NCBI GenBank assembly: GCA_938005475.1
Contig: CALLNY010000005.1
Span: 5,684 to 69,683 of the forward strand
Direction: 5' to 3'
Source of the DNA: an uncultured Bacteroidia bacterium
Lineage (GTDB): Bacteria > Bacteroidota > Bacteroidia > J057 > CALLMJ01
DNA: 64,000 nucleotides
Below, one piece after another: positions 19,322 through 30,600 of this stretch. Positions within the stretch are counted from its first letter, which is position 1. Every line of letters starts with the position of its first letter. A program made the position numbers and the translations under genes. The notes under the pieces were generated by a model. The model saw nothing but the letters and a program-made list of their open reading frames with translations, was not told where the DNA came from and made no database searches.

Positions 19322-20453
19322 GAAGAACTATAAGATAGGAATATTAGGTGGGGGACAATTAGGGAGGATGCTCATACAATCTTGTATCGATTTTAATGTA
19401 ATAACCTATGTAATGGACCCAGACCCGAACGCTCCATGTAGTAAGATTTGTCATGAATTTTTAAATGAAAATTTTCAAGATTATGATGCAGTAATTTACT
19501 TTGGTAAAAAAGTAGATGTCTTGACCATAGAAATTGAGCATGTCAATGTAGATGCTTTGTTTGAACTTCAGGATAGGGGAGTTAAAGTTTACCCACAACC
19601 CGAAATTGTTCAGATGGTTCAAGATAAAGGCGTTCAAAAAAAATTTTTTCAAAATCAAGGATATCCAACATTACCTTTTGAATTGCTAACCAACCCACAA
19701 GAGGAACTTAAAATACATAAAGACTTTTTACCTGCCTTCTTAAAGTTGAGAAAAGGTGGTTATGATGGTAGGGGTGTACTCCCAATCCATGATATTAACC
19801 AAGAGAACCTGTTCGTATTTAAAGAACCCTCCGTATTAGAAAAAAAAATTGCCTGTAAAAAAGAGTTAGCTGTAATTGTTGCAAGAAATATTTTTGACGA
19901 AATAGCGGTATATCCCGCTGTAGAAACGGTTTTTCATCCTAATTATCATTTGGTAGATTACTTAATTTCACCAGCCGCCATCACTGAAAGTATTGCAAAA
20001 CAAGCTGAAGAAATCAGTATTCATTTAGCGAAAACCTTAAATTTAGTCGGTATTATGGCTGTGGAATTCTTTTTAGACAATCAAGACAAATTATATATCA
20101 ATGAAATTGCTCCAAGACCTCATAATTCTGGACATCAAAGCATGGAAGCTAATGATTGTTCTCAATTTGAAATGCTCCTAAGGGCTATTTCTGGTTTACC
20201 TTTGGGCTCCACTAAAATTTTATTTCCCTCCGTAATGATTAACATCCTAGGTGAAGCAGAGCATACAGGAACCGCAGTTTACCAAGGACTGCATGATGTC
20301 CTAAAACTAGAAGGAGTTTATTTACATCTATACGGTAAATTGATTACTAAACCCTACCGAAAAATGGGACACATCACTGTTACCGATACTTCCTTAATTA
20401 AAGCTATTGAAAAAGCTATGAGCATTAAAAGTGCATTGAAAGTCATCACCTAA
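19314..20453 (+). CDS. purK: 5-(carboxyamino)imidazole ribonucleotide synthase
   Basis: GILGGGQLGRM, GGYDGRG, NEIAPRPHNSGH, LHLYGK..RKMGH. Confidence 0.97.
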   Translation: MYKKNYKIGILGGGQLGRMLIQSCIDFNVITYVMDPDPNAPCSKICHEFLNENFQDYDAVIYFGKKVDVLTIEIEHVNVDALFELQDRGVKVYPQPEIVQMVQDKGVQKKFFQNQGYPTLPFELLTNPQEELKIHKDFLPAFLKLRKGGYDGRGVLPIHDINQENLFVFKEPSVLEKKIACKKELAVIVARNIFDEIAVYPAVETVFHPNYHLVDYLISPAAITESIAKQAEEISIHLAKTLNLVGIMAVEFFLDNQDKLYINEIAPRPHNSGHQSMEANDCSQFEMLLRAISGLPLGSTKILFPSVMINILGEAEHTGTAVYQGLHDVLKLEGVYLHLYGKLITKPYRKMGHITVTDTSLIKAIEKAMSIKSALKVIT

Positions 20454-20485
20454 TTTTTTGAAACTTTCTGTTCCTTAAATTTACG

Positions 20486-20493
20486 TATATTTG
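20486..20493 (+). promoter_or_regulatory. -7 promoter element
   Basis: TATATTTG upstream of the sensor kinase. Confidence 0.6.
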
Positions 20494-20516
20494 CTCATAA
20501 AATTTTTTTTAATGAC

Positions 20517-23500
20517 TTGGAATTTCTAAAAAAATTATACGCATTAATTGCTATTGTTTCCTTCTGTTTTGGGGGTATATTATTCTATTATGACTACTCC
20601 CAAACTAATTTGGATTACTTCCGTGATTATGAACAAAATATCCATCAAGAGCTTCAAAAAACTATAAACTCTTGCGAAATAACCTTAAAGGAACTATCGA
20701 TAACACAATCACGAAAACCTTTTTCCTTCAAAGAAAAAAAATTCTTAATTTTGATTTTTAATAACGATTTTTCATTGACCTATTGGTCTGATTACTTTTT
20801 TATCCCCTCCAAAGAAGATATTTTTAAAAAAGACCTCCAAAACCCTTTTCTCTATCAAGAAAAAGATAAATATTTTTATATTATACCATTCAAAACACCA
20901 AAAGAAATTTTACTTGGAATAATTCCGTTAGCATTAAACTACCCTATTAAAAATGAAAGTTTAATCCCTTATTACTTTACTGGAAATTATTCTTCTACTC
21001 TGTTCCATCAAATATCCCAAATCAGCAATACTAAATACCAATACGGAATTAGTTATTATGGTAAAAATAATGAATTTTTGTTAAGTTTAAGAATGCAAGA
21101 TGCTGAACCCTTACGATATTTCTGTAAAATTACTACTTTGATATCATGGTCTATCTGTGGTTTAGCATTTTTATTATTCTGGATAGTATATAAACCAAAT
21201 CCAGAATGGAAAAGTGAGTTTTTATTTACACTTACAATTATAGTTTTTAGGATTTTTCTTATTATTTCTCATTTTCCTTATAACTATGTTCAAATACCTT
21301 TATTCTCCTCGCAAATTTTAGCTATCAATGAATGGAATCCTTCACTAGGAGATTTATTTCTAAATTTTATTTTAATTGCTTTTATTACATACCGATGGTA
21401 TCAATGGTTTCATGGACGCAACTGGATTTTAAAATGGTCTTGGAAATGGATTATCCTTATTCACTTCATTTTAACTATTTTTACTTTCATTTTATTCTTT
21501 ACTTTTTTCTCTCTATTTCGTTTAATCATTGAAAACTCACTAGTCTATTTTGAATTTACTGATATCTTTGAGATAAATGTCTATTCAGGACTTTTAGTAA
21601 TTATTCAATCAATAGCTTTACTCATTTTATTTTTTTTACTAGACGCTATCGTGCTATTTAGCATTGCTCTACTTCATAACATAGAAATCCGCTTTAAGTA
21701 TACAGCGCTTTTTGTATGCTATACTATTATCATATTTTCTTGCTATAATCTTTTACCAATAAAGGATGATTTTTTTGATATATACCATGTATTTACCCTA
21801 ATCTTTTTTATAGCTTTAATTTATCATTTAAAACTACAAAACACAGGGCATAAAAACTATTTTTCTGCTTTGTTAATTATAACGGCTTTAGCTTCTATAA
21901 TGAATTTAGCTTTATCCAAAAGTTTTGAAAAGTCTACGCATGCAAACTACGAAAAAATTACTAGAACCTTTGCAAACCCCCGAGACCTTGTCATGGAATT
22001 TACCTTCAATGAATTTGTAGAAAACTTAAAATCTGATAAATTCATTTTTCATTTTACCAGACCACTACCTAATAACACGGAAAAAATCAAAATCATTATC
22101 AATCGTTTGACTACCCAATACTTAATACCAAATTTTAAAAGCTATGATTTCAAAGTTTTTGTTTATGACCACAACCACAATCGGCTCGATAATCAAAATG
22201 AATTACAACCATTAGAAACAGAAAAACTAGAAAAAACATTATCTCCTTATTTAAAATTTGTTAATAATAAAAGAACTTTCTACGAATATGTATATTTGGG
22301 AAAGTTTTCTTTACTTTCTGAAGAATTAGGAGTAGTCAATTTAGAAATAGAATTTTACCCGAAAGCGAATTTTGGTCAAAAACTTTATCCTCAACTCTTA
22401 CTAGATGAGTCGATAAGACAAAAATTAAGGTTGCCAAAAGGGTATGAAATAGGGCTTTATTACCGAAATATACTAATCAATAAATTAGGAAACGCTGTTT
22501 TTCCTTTATATTTAAATGAAAACATCTTACAAGAAGAACTCAAAAATCAACAAAAATATAGCATATATTATGATAAAATTTCAGATGAAAGGGCTATTAT
22601 TATAAAAGCCCCTGTTCGTACCTTCTTTTCTAAACTTACTTCCTTTACTATCCTTTTTTATATCTTTTCTTTAATTTATACCATTATTAACTTACCTTCT
22701 TTGCTACGACTCGTTTTAAATTTTAATTTCAAAAAGCTATATAAAAGTTTAGCTCTCCGTATCCAAACTTATTTTTTACTTATTAGTTTGCTTCCTATTG
22801 TCATCTTTTCCTTTTTGATTACCCCTTTGTTTACCAATTTTTTTAAAACACAAATTGAATTTGACCTGAAAGAAAACATTAAACAATTCGCCAACCATTT
22901 AGAAAATCATTTATTTCAGAACACCATAACCCCCTCTGAAAACTTTGTTAGTTATGATTTATTAAACTATTATTCTGATTTAATGGATTTAGACATCAAT
23001 GTTTTTGATAAATACGGAAAAATTATCAGTACAACTTTGCCGCGTCTTTTTCAGACCGATATTATCTCTAATTATATGAACCCCTTTGTTTACCATGAAT
23101 TTAAGAATGGTTATCAATCGGAAATTATTCAAAATGAAAGAGTTGGTAACTTGGAATACATTTCTGCTTATGTACCTCTTATTGACAAGAATTATATAAT
23201 CGTAGGTTATTTGAATATTCCTTATTTAGCAAAGCAAGATTTACTGAATACGCAAATCCGCCAATTTTTAGCTTATTTAATCAACCTATACATCGTTTTA
23301 ATTTTAACAACAATTCTGTTTGGTTTATTTACCTCTTCAACAATTACCTTTCCTTTAAAAATATTGAGTGAAAAACTTCAGAAGTTAGCATTGGGAAGCC
23401 CAAACGAACCCATAGAATGGAATAGCAATGATGAAATTGGAGAATTAATTTTAAATTATAATCAGATGGTAAAACAGTTGTCGGAATCTGAACAATTACT

Positions 23501-24197
23501 AGCTAAGAGTGAAAGAGAAGGTGCATGGCGTACAATGGCAAGGCAAGTAGCCCATGAAATTAAAAATCCTCTAACCCCCATGAAACTTAGCATGCAAATG
23601 CTTATGAAAAAAATCGATAACCATAATCCTTCCTATGATTTAGTACAAAAAATTGGAAAAACCATTTTATCCCAAATTGATGCTCTCACCCATATAGCAA
23701 ACGCTTTCTCTAATTTTGCTAAAATGCCTGAAGGAAATAAAGAATGGATTTCTTTAAATACCATACTATTAGAGCTTGCTCAATTATATCAATCCGCAGA
23801 AGAAGCGGAAGTCGTTATTACTGTCCCTGTACAAGAAATTAAGATTTTTGCCGTTAAAGAACAAATTACAAGAGTATTGATAAACCTTATCAAAAATGCT
23901 TTACAAGCAATGCCATACTACGGAAGAGTAGAAGTCGGTGTTGAGCAAAATGAAAGCCAAGTAAAAATTTTTGTAAAAGATAACGGAATAGGTATTCCTA
24001 TTGAAAATCAATCCCGAATTTTTGAGCCCAATTTTTCCACTAAAACCTCCGGTATGGGTTTAGGCTTAGCTATGTGTAAAAATATCATAGATGCCCACAA
24101 AGGAACTATTCAGTTCTACTCAAAAGAGAATGAAGGTACTTGTTTTGAAATTACTTTTCCAATTTCTAAATCAAAACAAAATGCTAATACACTATAA
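20517..24197 (+). CDS. Large multi-pass membrane sensor histidine kinase (HAMP-HisKA-HATPase, NtrY-like)
   Basis: More than 10 TM segments, HAMP DEIGEL..YNQM, H-box VAHEIKNPLTP, NLIKNALQA, DNGIG, GMGLGL. Start codon uncertain (TTG). Confidence 0.92.
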   Translation: MEFLKKLYALIAIVSFCFGGILFYYDYSQTNLDYFRDYEQNIHQELQKTINSCEITLKELSITQSRKPFSFKEKKFLILIFNNDFSLTYWSDYFFIPSKEDIFKKDLQNPFLYQEKDKYFYIIPFKTPKEILLGIIPLALNYPIKNESLIPYYFTGNYSSTLFHQISQISNTKYQYGISYYGKNNEFLLSLRMQDAEPLRYFCKITTLISWSICGLAFLLFWIVYKPNPEWKSEFLFTLTIIVFRIFLIISHFPYNYVQIPLFSSQILAINEWNPSLGDLFLNFILIAFITYRWYQWFHGRNWILKWSWKWIILIHFILTIFTFILFFTFFSLFRLIIENSLVYFEFTDIFEINVYSGLLVIIQSIALLILFFLLDAIVLFSIALLHNIEIRFKYTALFVCYTIIIFSCYNLLPIKDDFFDIYHVFTLIFFIALIYHLKLQNTGHKNYFSALLIITALASIMNLALSKSFEKSTHANYEKITRTFANPRDLVMEFTFNEFVENLKSDKFIFHFTRPLPNNTEKIKIIINRLTTQYLIPNFKSYDFKVFVYDHNHNRLDNQNELQPLETEKLEKTLSPYLKFVNNKRTFYEYVYLGKFSLLSEELGVVNLEIEFYPKANFGQKLYPQLLLDESIRQKLRLPKGYEIGLYYRNILINKLGNAVFPLYLNENILQEELKNQQKYSIYYDKISDERAIIIKAPVRTFFSKLTSFTILFYIFSLIYTIINLPSLLRLVLNFNFKKLYKSLALRIQTYFLLISLLPIVIFSFLITPLFTNFFKTQIEFDLKENIKQFANHLENHLFQNTITPSENFVSYDLLNYYSDLMDLDINVFDKYGKIISTTLPRLFQTDIISNYMNPFVYHEFKNGYQSEIIQNERVGNLEYISAYVPLIDKNYIIVGYLNIPYLAKQDLLNTQIRQFLAYLINLYIVLILTTILFGLFTSSTITFPLKILSEKLQKLALGSPNEPIEWNSNDEIGELILNYNQMVKQLSESEQLLAKSEREGAWRTMARQVAHEIKNPLTPMKLSMQMLMKKIDNHNPSYDLVQKIGKTILSQIDALTHIANAFSNFAKMPEGNKEWISLNTILLELAQLYQSAEEAEVVITVPVQEIKIFAVKEQITRVLINLIKNALQAMPYYGRVEVGVEQNESQVKIFVKDNGIGIPIENQSRIFEPNFSTKTSGMGLGLAMCKNIIDAHKGTIQFYSKENEGTCFEITFPISKSKQNANTL

Positions 24198-24209
24198 AAC
24201 AAAAAAATA

Positions 24210-24217
24210 TATATTTG
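24210..24217 (+). promoter_or_regulatory. -7 promoter element
   Basis: TATATTTG 22 nt before the ATG at 24240. Confidence 0.6.
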
Positions 24218-24239
24218 CGTAAAATATAAAATAGTAATT

Positions 24240-24500
24240 ATGAGCAGTGAAGAAGCCAAAGAAATAGCTCAAATACTGAAAGAAGGAAAAATCTTTAAAG
24301 ATACTGAATCGGTTCAAGGTTTTATTGAAATTTACTACAATGAAGAAGATGACGAATTTGTTAAATACTCTGAAATATTTATAGAAGACCTTTATAGTCC
24401 TGAAACTGAAATGAAAAGTTTATCCGAGAACCAATTAAAAAAGTATTTAGAAAAAAATTATGATTATGATTTTGTCATTTCCAATTTAGTAGAATCATGA
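24240..24500 (+). CDS. Small acidic hypothetical protein
   Basis: 86 aa, 22 Asp/Glu, own promoter, ATGA overlap with the next gene. Confidence 0.7.
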   Translation: MSSEEAKEIAQILKEGKIFKDTESVQGFIEIYYNEEDDEFVKYSEIFIEDLYSPETEMKSLSENQLKKYLEKNYDYDFVISNLVES

Positions 24501-25066
24501 AAATATTTCTTTGGAGTTGGTTTTTGATGGGCTTAATGGCTTGTGTAGAAATTTCTGCTTATCAAAAAGAGGTACTTACTTTTCGTAAAGAAAAAGATTT
24601 TTATTTTAAGAACATGCCAGATTCTCCTATCCCCGATACCTTAAAGCCTAATTTCAATAGACTTGCCTATTTTCCAATTGATGAAAAATGGATTTTAAAT
24701 GCTAAATTTCTTCCTAAAAATGATACTTTTAATGCTGAAATTGCCGGTTTAATTGAATTTCAATACCAAAAACAAATTTATCGATTAACCGCTTTCTGGG
24801 AAGATACCTTAAAAAAAAGTATTCTTTTTTTACCTTTCAAAGATAAAACCTGTGGTATTTCTACCTACAGTGGTGGTAGATACTTGAATATTAATTTCCA
24901 AGAAAATACTGAATTGAAGGTAGATTTTAATTATGCTTATCACCCTTTTTGCGCCTATAATCCAAACTATATCTGTAAAAAAGTTCCACAAGAGAATACT
25001 CTTGACTTTGAAGTACTAGCAGGCGAAAAGTTGAATGAGGATATTGCCCCAAAAAACACTAATTAG
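24497..25066 (+). CDS. DUF1684 family lipoprotein
   Basis: Lipobox LMAC, FLPFKDKT..TYSGGRYL, DFNYAYHPFCAYNPNYIC. Confidence 0.88.
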   Translation: MKIFLWSWFLMGLMACVEISAYQKEVLTFRKEKDFYFKNMPDSPIPDTLKPNFNRLAYFPIDEKWILNAKFLPKNDTFNAEIAGLIEFQYQKQIYRLTAFWEDTLKKSILFLPFKDKTCGISTYSGGRYLNINFQENTELKVDFNYAYHPFCAYNPNYICKKVPQENTLDFEVLAGEKLNEDIAPKNTN

Positions 25067-26390
25067 AATACTTAATCCATTTTGTTTGGTAGGTTTTACC
25101 ATCTTTCTCTTGAAGTACTAAATAATATAGACCATTCTTTAAACCTTCAAGATTAATTTTAAGTAGTGTATTATCCACTAATGTAAATGATATGGGAATT
25201 ACTTGTCCGAGAGAATTATAAAGAGTAACTGTATAATCCAGCCTATTTAAGTGAGAAAGCGGTATATTAACAAAATCGGAAGAAGGATTAGGATAAATGG
25301 GTAAGAAAGACCATTCGGATTTTGATTTAGCAGTGTAAGTAGAGCATTGAACAGGAGTACCAATTTGTTCAGTGAATATCCCATTAGAAACACTCCAGTT
25401 ATACCATGTTCCACCAGTTCCAAGTTGCCAATTGTTTAGATCAAAAGAATTACTACCTAAGCTATTTCCTTTTATTTGATAGGCTTTCAAGGCAAGCCCA
25501 TTTAAATTCCATGTTAAAGGTTGATGGGGAATACAATTCTCAGGTTGATGGTTTACTAACTCACAATTTACTTGGATAAAGTAAGCATTATCATCATAAT
25601 TAGGATAATCACCGAATACGCTTGCAATACCGTTCGTATCTATACATACAGCAGTGTATTCATCGCAGGCAATAGCTTTTGCAACCTTTCCAAAATCAAC
25701 ATATATTCTTGCTAAAAAAGCGACTAATCTTCCTTTTCTATCTGGATTATCAAAATGAGTATCAGTAATAACGTCATATAAAAAACGATTTTGAATAAAA
25801 CTTATTGAGTCTATAGTTACGAGAGTATCAAAAGGATTTGATAGTGCGATATAAGAAGTAACGGTTCCATTTTGGGCAGTAAAATAATACTTTCCTAGAA
25901 TGGCCATACCTGCGCTTGTTCCTCCCACCACTATATTTTTTTGTCGTATAGCATGATTAATAGCACTATCAACAGGGGAATTTCTCCAATAATGAACGTA
26001 AGTCCATTGATTACCGCCCGCAAACCATATAGCTTCTGCTTGTTGAATTTTTTGAATGATATATGGTTCATAACTTGCTTGTGCATTATGAAATACAATC
26101 GTTTCAACAGAATGAATTGGAACTCCTAAATCATTAAAAAAATAAGAATTATAACCATCTGACCCCGACGTTCTCAATACTAATACATCGCCTCCGTTTG
26201 CTCTTTGTAAAAACCAACGCATAGCATTATCGTTTTCTTTTGCCCCGCCCATTAAACAAATACCCCCTAATGGACTAACAATTGTATCCGATGCATCTCC
26301 CATGAAATAACTGGTATAATTTTGAGCAATACTTATAAACGGTAAAAAACAAATAATTGAAAAACAGTATCTTATAATTTTCATTGCCAT
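25059..26390 (-). CDS. S51 cyanophycinase-like peptidase with T9SS C-terminal sorting domain
   Basis: Signal peptide, AGGNQ, GGTSAG, DTHF...RKGRL, DEYT, CTD IYPNPS...GLYYL..K. Confidence 0.85.
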   Translation of the reverse strand: MAMKIIRYCFSIICFLPFISIAQNYTSYFMGDASDTIVSPLGGICLMGGAKENDNAMRWFLQRANGGDVLVLRTSGSDGYNSYFFNDLGVPIHSVETIVFHNAQASYEPYIIQKIQQAEAIWFAGGNQWTYVHYWRNSPVDSAINHAIRQKNIVVGGTSAGMAILGKYYFTAQNGTVTSYIALSNPFDTLVTIDSISFIQNRFLYDVITDTHFDNPDRKGRLVAFLARIYVDFGKVAKAIACDEYTAVCIDTNGIASVFGDYPNYDDNAYFIQVNCELVNHQPENCIPHQPLTWNLNGLALKAYQIKGNSLGSNSFDLNNWQLGTGGTWYNWSVSNGIFTEQIGTPVQCSTYTAKSKSEWSFLPIYPNPSSDFVNIPLSHLNRLDYTVTLYNSLGQVIPISFTLVDNTLLKINLEGLKNGLYYLVLQEKDGKTYQTKWIKYSN

Positions 26391-26458
26391 TATTTTTTTA
26401 ATTTAATCTTTACTACTTCAAGAGATTTCGTTTAGTTCTTCCGCAATATAATTTGGGT

Positions 26459-27604
26459 TTATACCTTTGATAAAGCATACTCGATAGATTCCAGTAAATC
26501 CTCCGTATCTTCAATCCCGACGGAGAGGCGTATTAGGGTGTCTTTAAGTCCTCCTTTCAATCTATCTTCGCGCGGTATAGAAGCATGAGTCATAGTTGCG
26601 GGATGCCCAACCAAAGATTCTACACCACCTAAGCTTTCAGCAATGGTAAATAATTTTGCATTTTTCATGAAATTAAAAGCACTCGCGATACTATCATTTT
26701 TAAGTGTAAAAGAAACCATACCTCCAAAGTCCCTCATTTGTTTTTGAGCAATATCATGATTTGTATGACTTTCTAAGCCAGGATAGTAAACTTTTTCAAT
26801 TTTGGAATGATTATTTAAAAAATTCGCGATAGCACTAGCATTTTTACAATGTTGAGCCATTCTTAAATGTAATGTTTTAAGCCCTCTTTGCACTAAAAAA
26901 CAATCAAAAGGACTCGGTACAGCACCACAAGAGTTTTGTAAGAATGCTAATTGTTGGTAAAGTTCATCATCATTCGTCATTAAGCAACCCATTACGACAT
27001 CAGAATGCCCTGCAAGGTATTTGGTAGCTGAATGTACTACAATATCTGCCCCTAGGTCTAATGGATTTTGCAGAAAAGGTGAAGCAAAGGTATTATCTAC
27101 GACGGTTATGATATTAAGCTTCTTAGCAATTTCTACAATACTTTGGATATCAATAATATTGAGAAGTGGGTTTGTAGGAGTTTCTATCCAGAACATTTTA
27201 GTATGGGTACTTAAAACAATATGAACCAAATCAATTTCTTGAAGAGGAATAAAATGAAATTTAATGCCGAACTTAGCGAAAACTTTGGTAAATAATCTGA
27301 AAGAGCCACCATAGAGGTCATTAGTACAAATAACTTCATCTCCTGGTTTTAAGAGTTTGATGACGGTATCCTCTGTAGCCATTCCTGAAGCGAAGCATAA
27401 AGCATATTTAGCATTTTCTAATGCAGCTAAGGTAGTTTGAAGAGCAGTACGCGTAGGATTATGAGTTCTTGAATATTCATAGCCTTTGTGCTTGCCGGGT
27501 TCTTCTTGCGCATAAGTAGACGTTTGAAAAATAGGAGTTATAACAGCTCCCGTTGTAGCATCAGGCTCATTGCCAATGTGAATAGATTTCGTACCAAATT
27601 TCAT
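26459..27604 (-). CDS. PLP-dependent cystathionine gamma-synthase/lyase family enzyme
   Basis: YSRTHNPTR, ETPTNP, VVDNTFASP, HSATKYLAGHSD, AESLGGVESL, RLSVGIED. Confidence 0.92.
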   Translation of the reverse strand: MKFGTKSIHIGNEPDATTGAVITPIFQTSTYAQEEPGKHKGYEYSRTHNPTRTALQTTLAALENAKYALCFASGMATEDTVIKLLKPGDEVICTNDLYGGSFRLFTKVFAKFGIKFHFIPLQEIDLVHIVLSTHTKMFWIETPTNPLLNIIDIQSIVEIAKKLNIITVVDNTFASPFLQNPLDLGADIVVHSATKYLAGHSDVVMGCLMTNDDELYQQLAFLQNSCGAVPSPFDCFLVQRGLKTLHLRMAQHCKNASAIANFLNNHSKIEKVYYPGLESHTNHDIAQKQMRDFGGMVSFTLKNDSIASAFNFMKNAKLFTIAESLGGVESLVGHPATMTHASIPREDRLKGGLKDTLIRLSVGIEDTEDLLESIEYALSKV

Positions 27605-27615
27605 ATATCTATTTT

Positions 27616-30600
27616 TTATTTTACTTCAAATCCAATAAATAGCACATCATCCGTTTGTTGATAATTACCTTTCCATTCATCAAAAGCTTTATCAATTACT
27701 TGTATTTGTTCATTTAATGATAGTTTTACACTCTCTTTAATTAGAGTTCTTAATTTTTTGGGAGTAAACTTTCTACCCTCCGGTCCACCAAACTGGTCTA
27801 TTATACCATCCGAAAATATATAAAATCTATCTCCCGTTTCTAACTGTATATTTCTAGATGTAAATATTTTATTAGCATATTGGTCACCACCAATAGGAAA
27901 ACGGTCAGGTTTCATTTCAATAAGCTCTTGATTTTTTTTCAGTATCATTAAAGGTCTATTTGCACCGGCAAATTCTAACATCTTAGAGTTTAAATCCAAC
28001 TTAACTAATACCATATCCATACCATCTTTACTGGAGCCACCTTGTTGATGTAATAGAACTTGGACTCTGAGGTCTAATAATTGTAAGATTTCAGCAGGTT
28101 CGCTAATTGCGTTCTCTGTGATAATAGATTGTAAAGAGTTTTGTCCAAGCATACTCATTAAAGCACCAGGAACGCCATGCCCTGTACAATCAGCGGCAAC
28201 TAAAAACAAATTATTTCCTTGCTTATCAAAGAAATAAAAATCACCAGAAACAATATCTCTTGGCTTATAAATTATGCTAATATTCAAATAACTAGCATAA
28301 TCATTTGGGGATGGTAAGATAGCTTCTTGTATCCTTTTAGCGTAAACTATACTTTCGTATATTTCTTGGTTAATGATTTCTAATTCCTTTTTTTGTTGAT
28401 TAATTTCTTGAGTAGCTTCTTCAATTTTTTGAGCAAGTTCTGCGTTTCGTCTTTCTAGTCGTTTTAAATTGTATTGTATTAATAACCATATTAAGAATAT
28501 GACAACGAATAAATAGATGATATAAGCCCATAGAGTTCTATACCAAGGTGGGGTTATATAAACATGAATATAATCAGGTTCACCTACTGTTCCATCGGCG
28601 GCTTGTGCACGTACATGAAAAGTATATTGCCCTTCCGTTATTCCGTTTAAAGTAAAAATTGGGGAACTCTGCCATTCTGACCAATTCTCAATTAAACCTC
28701 CTATCTTAAACTGATAAGATAAGCCCTCTCCACTTTGTAAATCATTACTTGAAGCAATTACCTTTAATACTTCCCCATAAGGTACTACAATAGATTTAGA
28801 ATTTTGTTTTTTAAAATCTGATAATCCACCATAAAGAATATCACTTTCATTTTCAAAGAAACGAATAAATGTTTTTAGGGATTTTGGGGATTGATACTGA
28901 GATAAGTTTAATTTATGTAATTGGTCAGAAAAAGCTATCCAAGAGTTATTACCGTCAGAATAGAATGCTGTTGGTAGTTCTTTTCTAAAACGATTGAAAG
29001 AAATAGAATCAGGAATAATCTGATTATTAGATATTTTAAAAGGGAGTATTCCTTGATTGTCATAAGTTATTAGTAAACTATTAGCTCCCCATAAATTAGG
29101 CTTTGCATTTTTAAGTGCATTAAATGGTTGAAATTTATTTTCATTTTCAGGAATAAAATAACCCTTATTAGTCTCTACAATCAATTGGTGATTAATAAAA
29201 TGTACAATAGCTTTAGCGGCGGGTATTCCTTCTTCAATACCATAAAACTTTGCAGTTGATGGAGGAATAAATTTCACTAAACCTTTATAATTAGTCCCTA
29301 TCCAAATATTTCCTTTTGAGTCTTTAACAATACTATTAGTTTCGAGAGAAACATTTTCTATAAAGTTGTTGATTTTGTGTTTTCCATCAATAAGTTGTAT
29401 ATTACCTGCACAATCCTGCCCAGCAAACCAAAGTAAATCTGCCTGGGAATTAAGATAGTATACAGGCTTTTCCCTATAAATCAATTGAGTATTGACTTCA
29501 TTTACAACAGAGATACCAAAATTAGAAGCAATGTAAAGTTTATTTTTATGATTGACTATCTTCCAACATTCAGTATTCTCTAAACCTTTTAAAGATATGA
29601 ACTGATTTCCTGTTTTTTTATAAGCACCTGTATTTGCCGTTAAATATAAATCTCCATTCCATTCTATTAACGAAGTAATTTTTCCACCTATATTATCAAT
29701 ATTATAAATTTCAAGCGGTAAATTAAATAAAATTTGTGTTACGCCTTTTGATGTACCTACCCAAAGGTTTTGGTCTTTATCAATAAATATACTATAAATA
29801 TTATTATCTGGTATGAGATTTCCTTTGACTACTCTTTTGATAATTTTTCCTTGTTTATCAATAATATAGACTCCCGCACTATAAGTTCCGACAGCAATAT
29901 TTCCATTAGAAAAGCAAGCAACATCCACAATATGATATTTAGCAAACGCTGCATCACCTTCTGTTTTAAAAGGCTTTAAAGAACCATCTAACCAAAACAG
30001 CTCATCTGCTAATGTTACGATGAGCTGTTTATCATTCCAACGAGTAGATTTATACAATCCGCTAGTAGATAGAGTTTCAAAGTTTTTTAAGTCATAGATA
30101 TTTTTATTCTTAATTGCTTTAAACCCTGATTTCTCAGAATATATCCAAACTTCATTTTTATTACTCCCTGATCCATCAATTGTTTCATTCCATTTTAATT
30201 GAGTAGGCTTATTATTCAAATTAGAAATATCTAAATGATAAATGCTTTTATCTGTAACAAAGGTTGCTTGATTACCAATTACATGGATATTGATTACTTC
30301 ATTAAAACTAAGTTTATTATCTAATAGATTTTTGTATGACTTATAAACATAATGATGGTTTTGATTTGGTATTAAAGCTCCAAAATCTTCTTTACAACCT
30401 ACAAAAATAATTTTGTTGGGACCTAAAGCCAGGTATCTTACAGGATTAGGAGTTTCGATGAGTTTCCAATTAGTACCATCATAAATTAAAACTCCGTCAT
30501 TGTTTGCTAAATACAAAAAATTATTTTCGCACTGAACAATATGCCATATGAGGCTATTTGCTCCCATCTCTTTGTAAGAAAAATTTCTGAATAAAGGATT

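Noticed and set aside
26400-26460. Minus-strand INPNYIAEELNEIS* resembling a HAD-hydrolase C-terminus
   Set aside because: Only 14 codons, no start, and the similarity is too weak to support.
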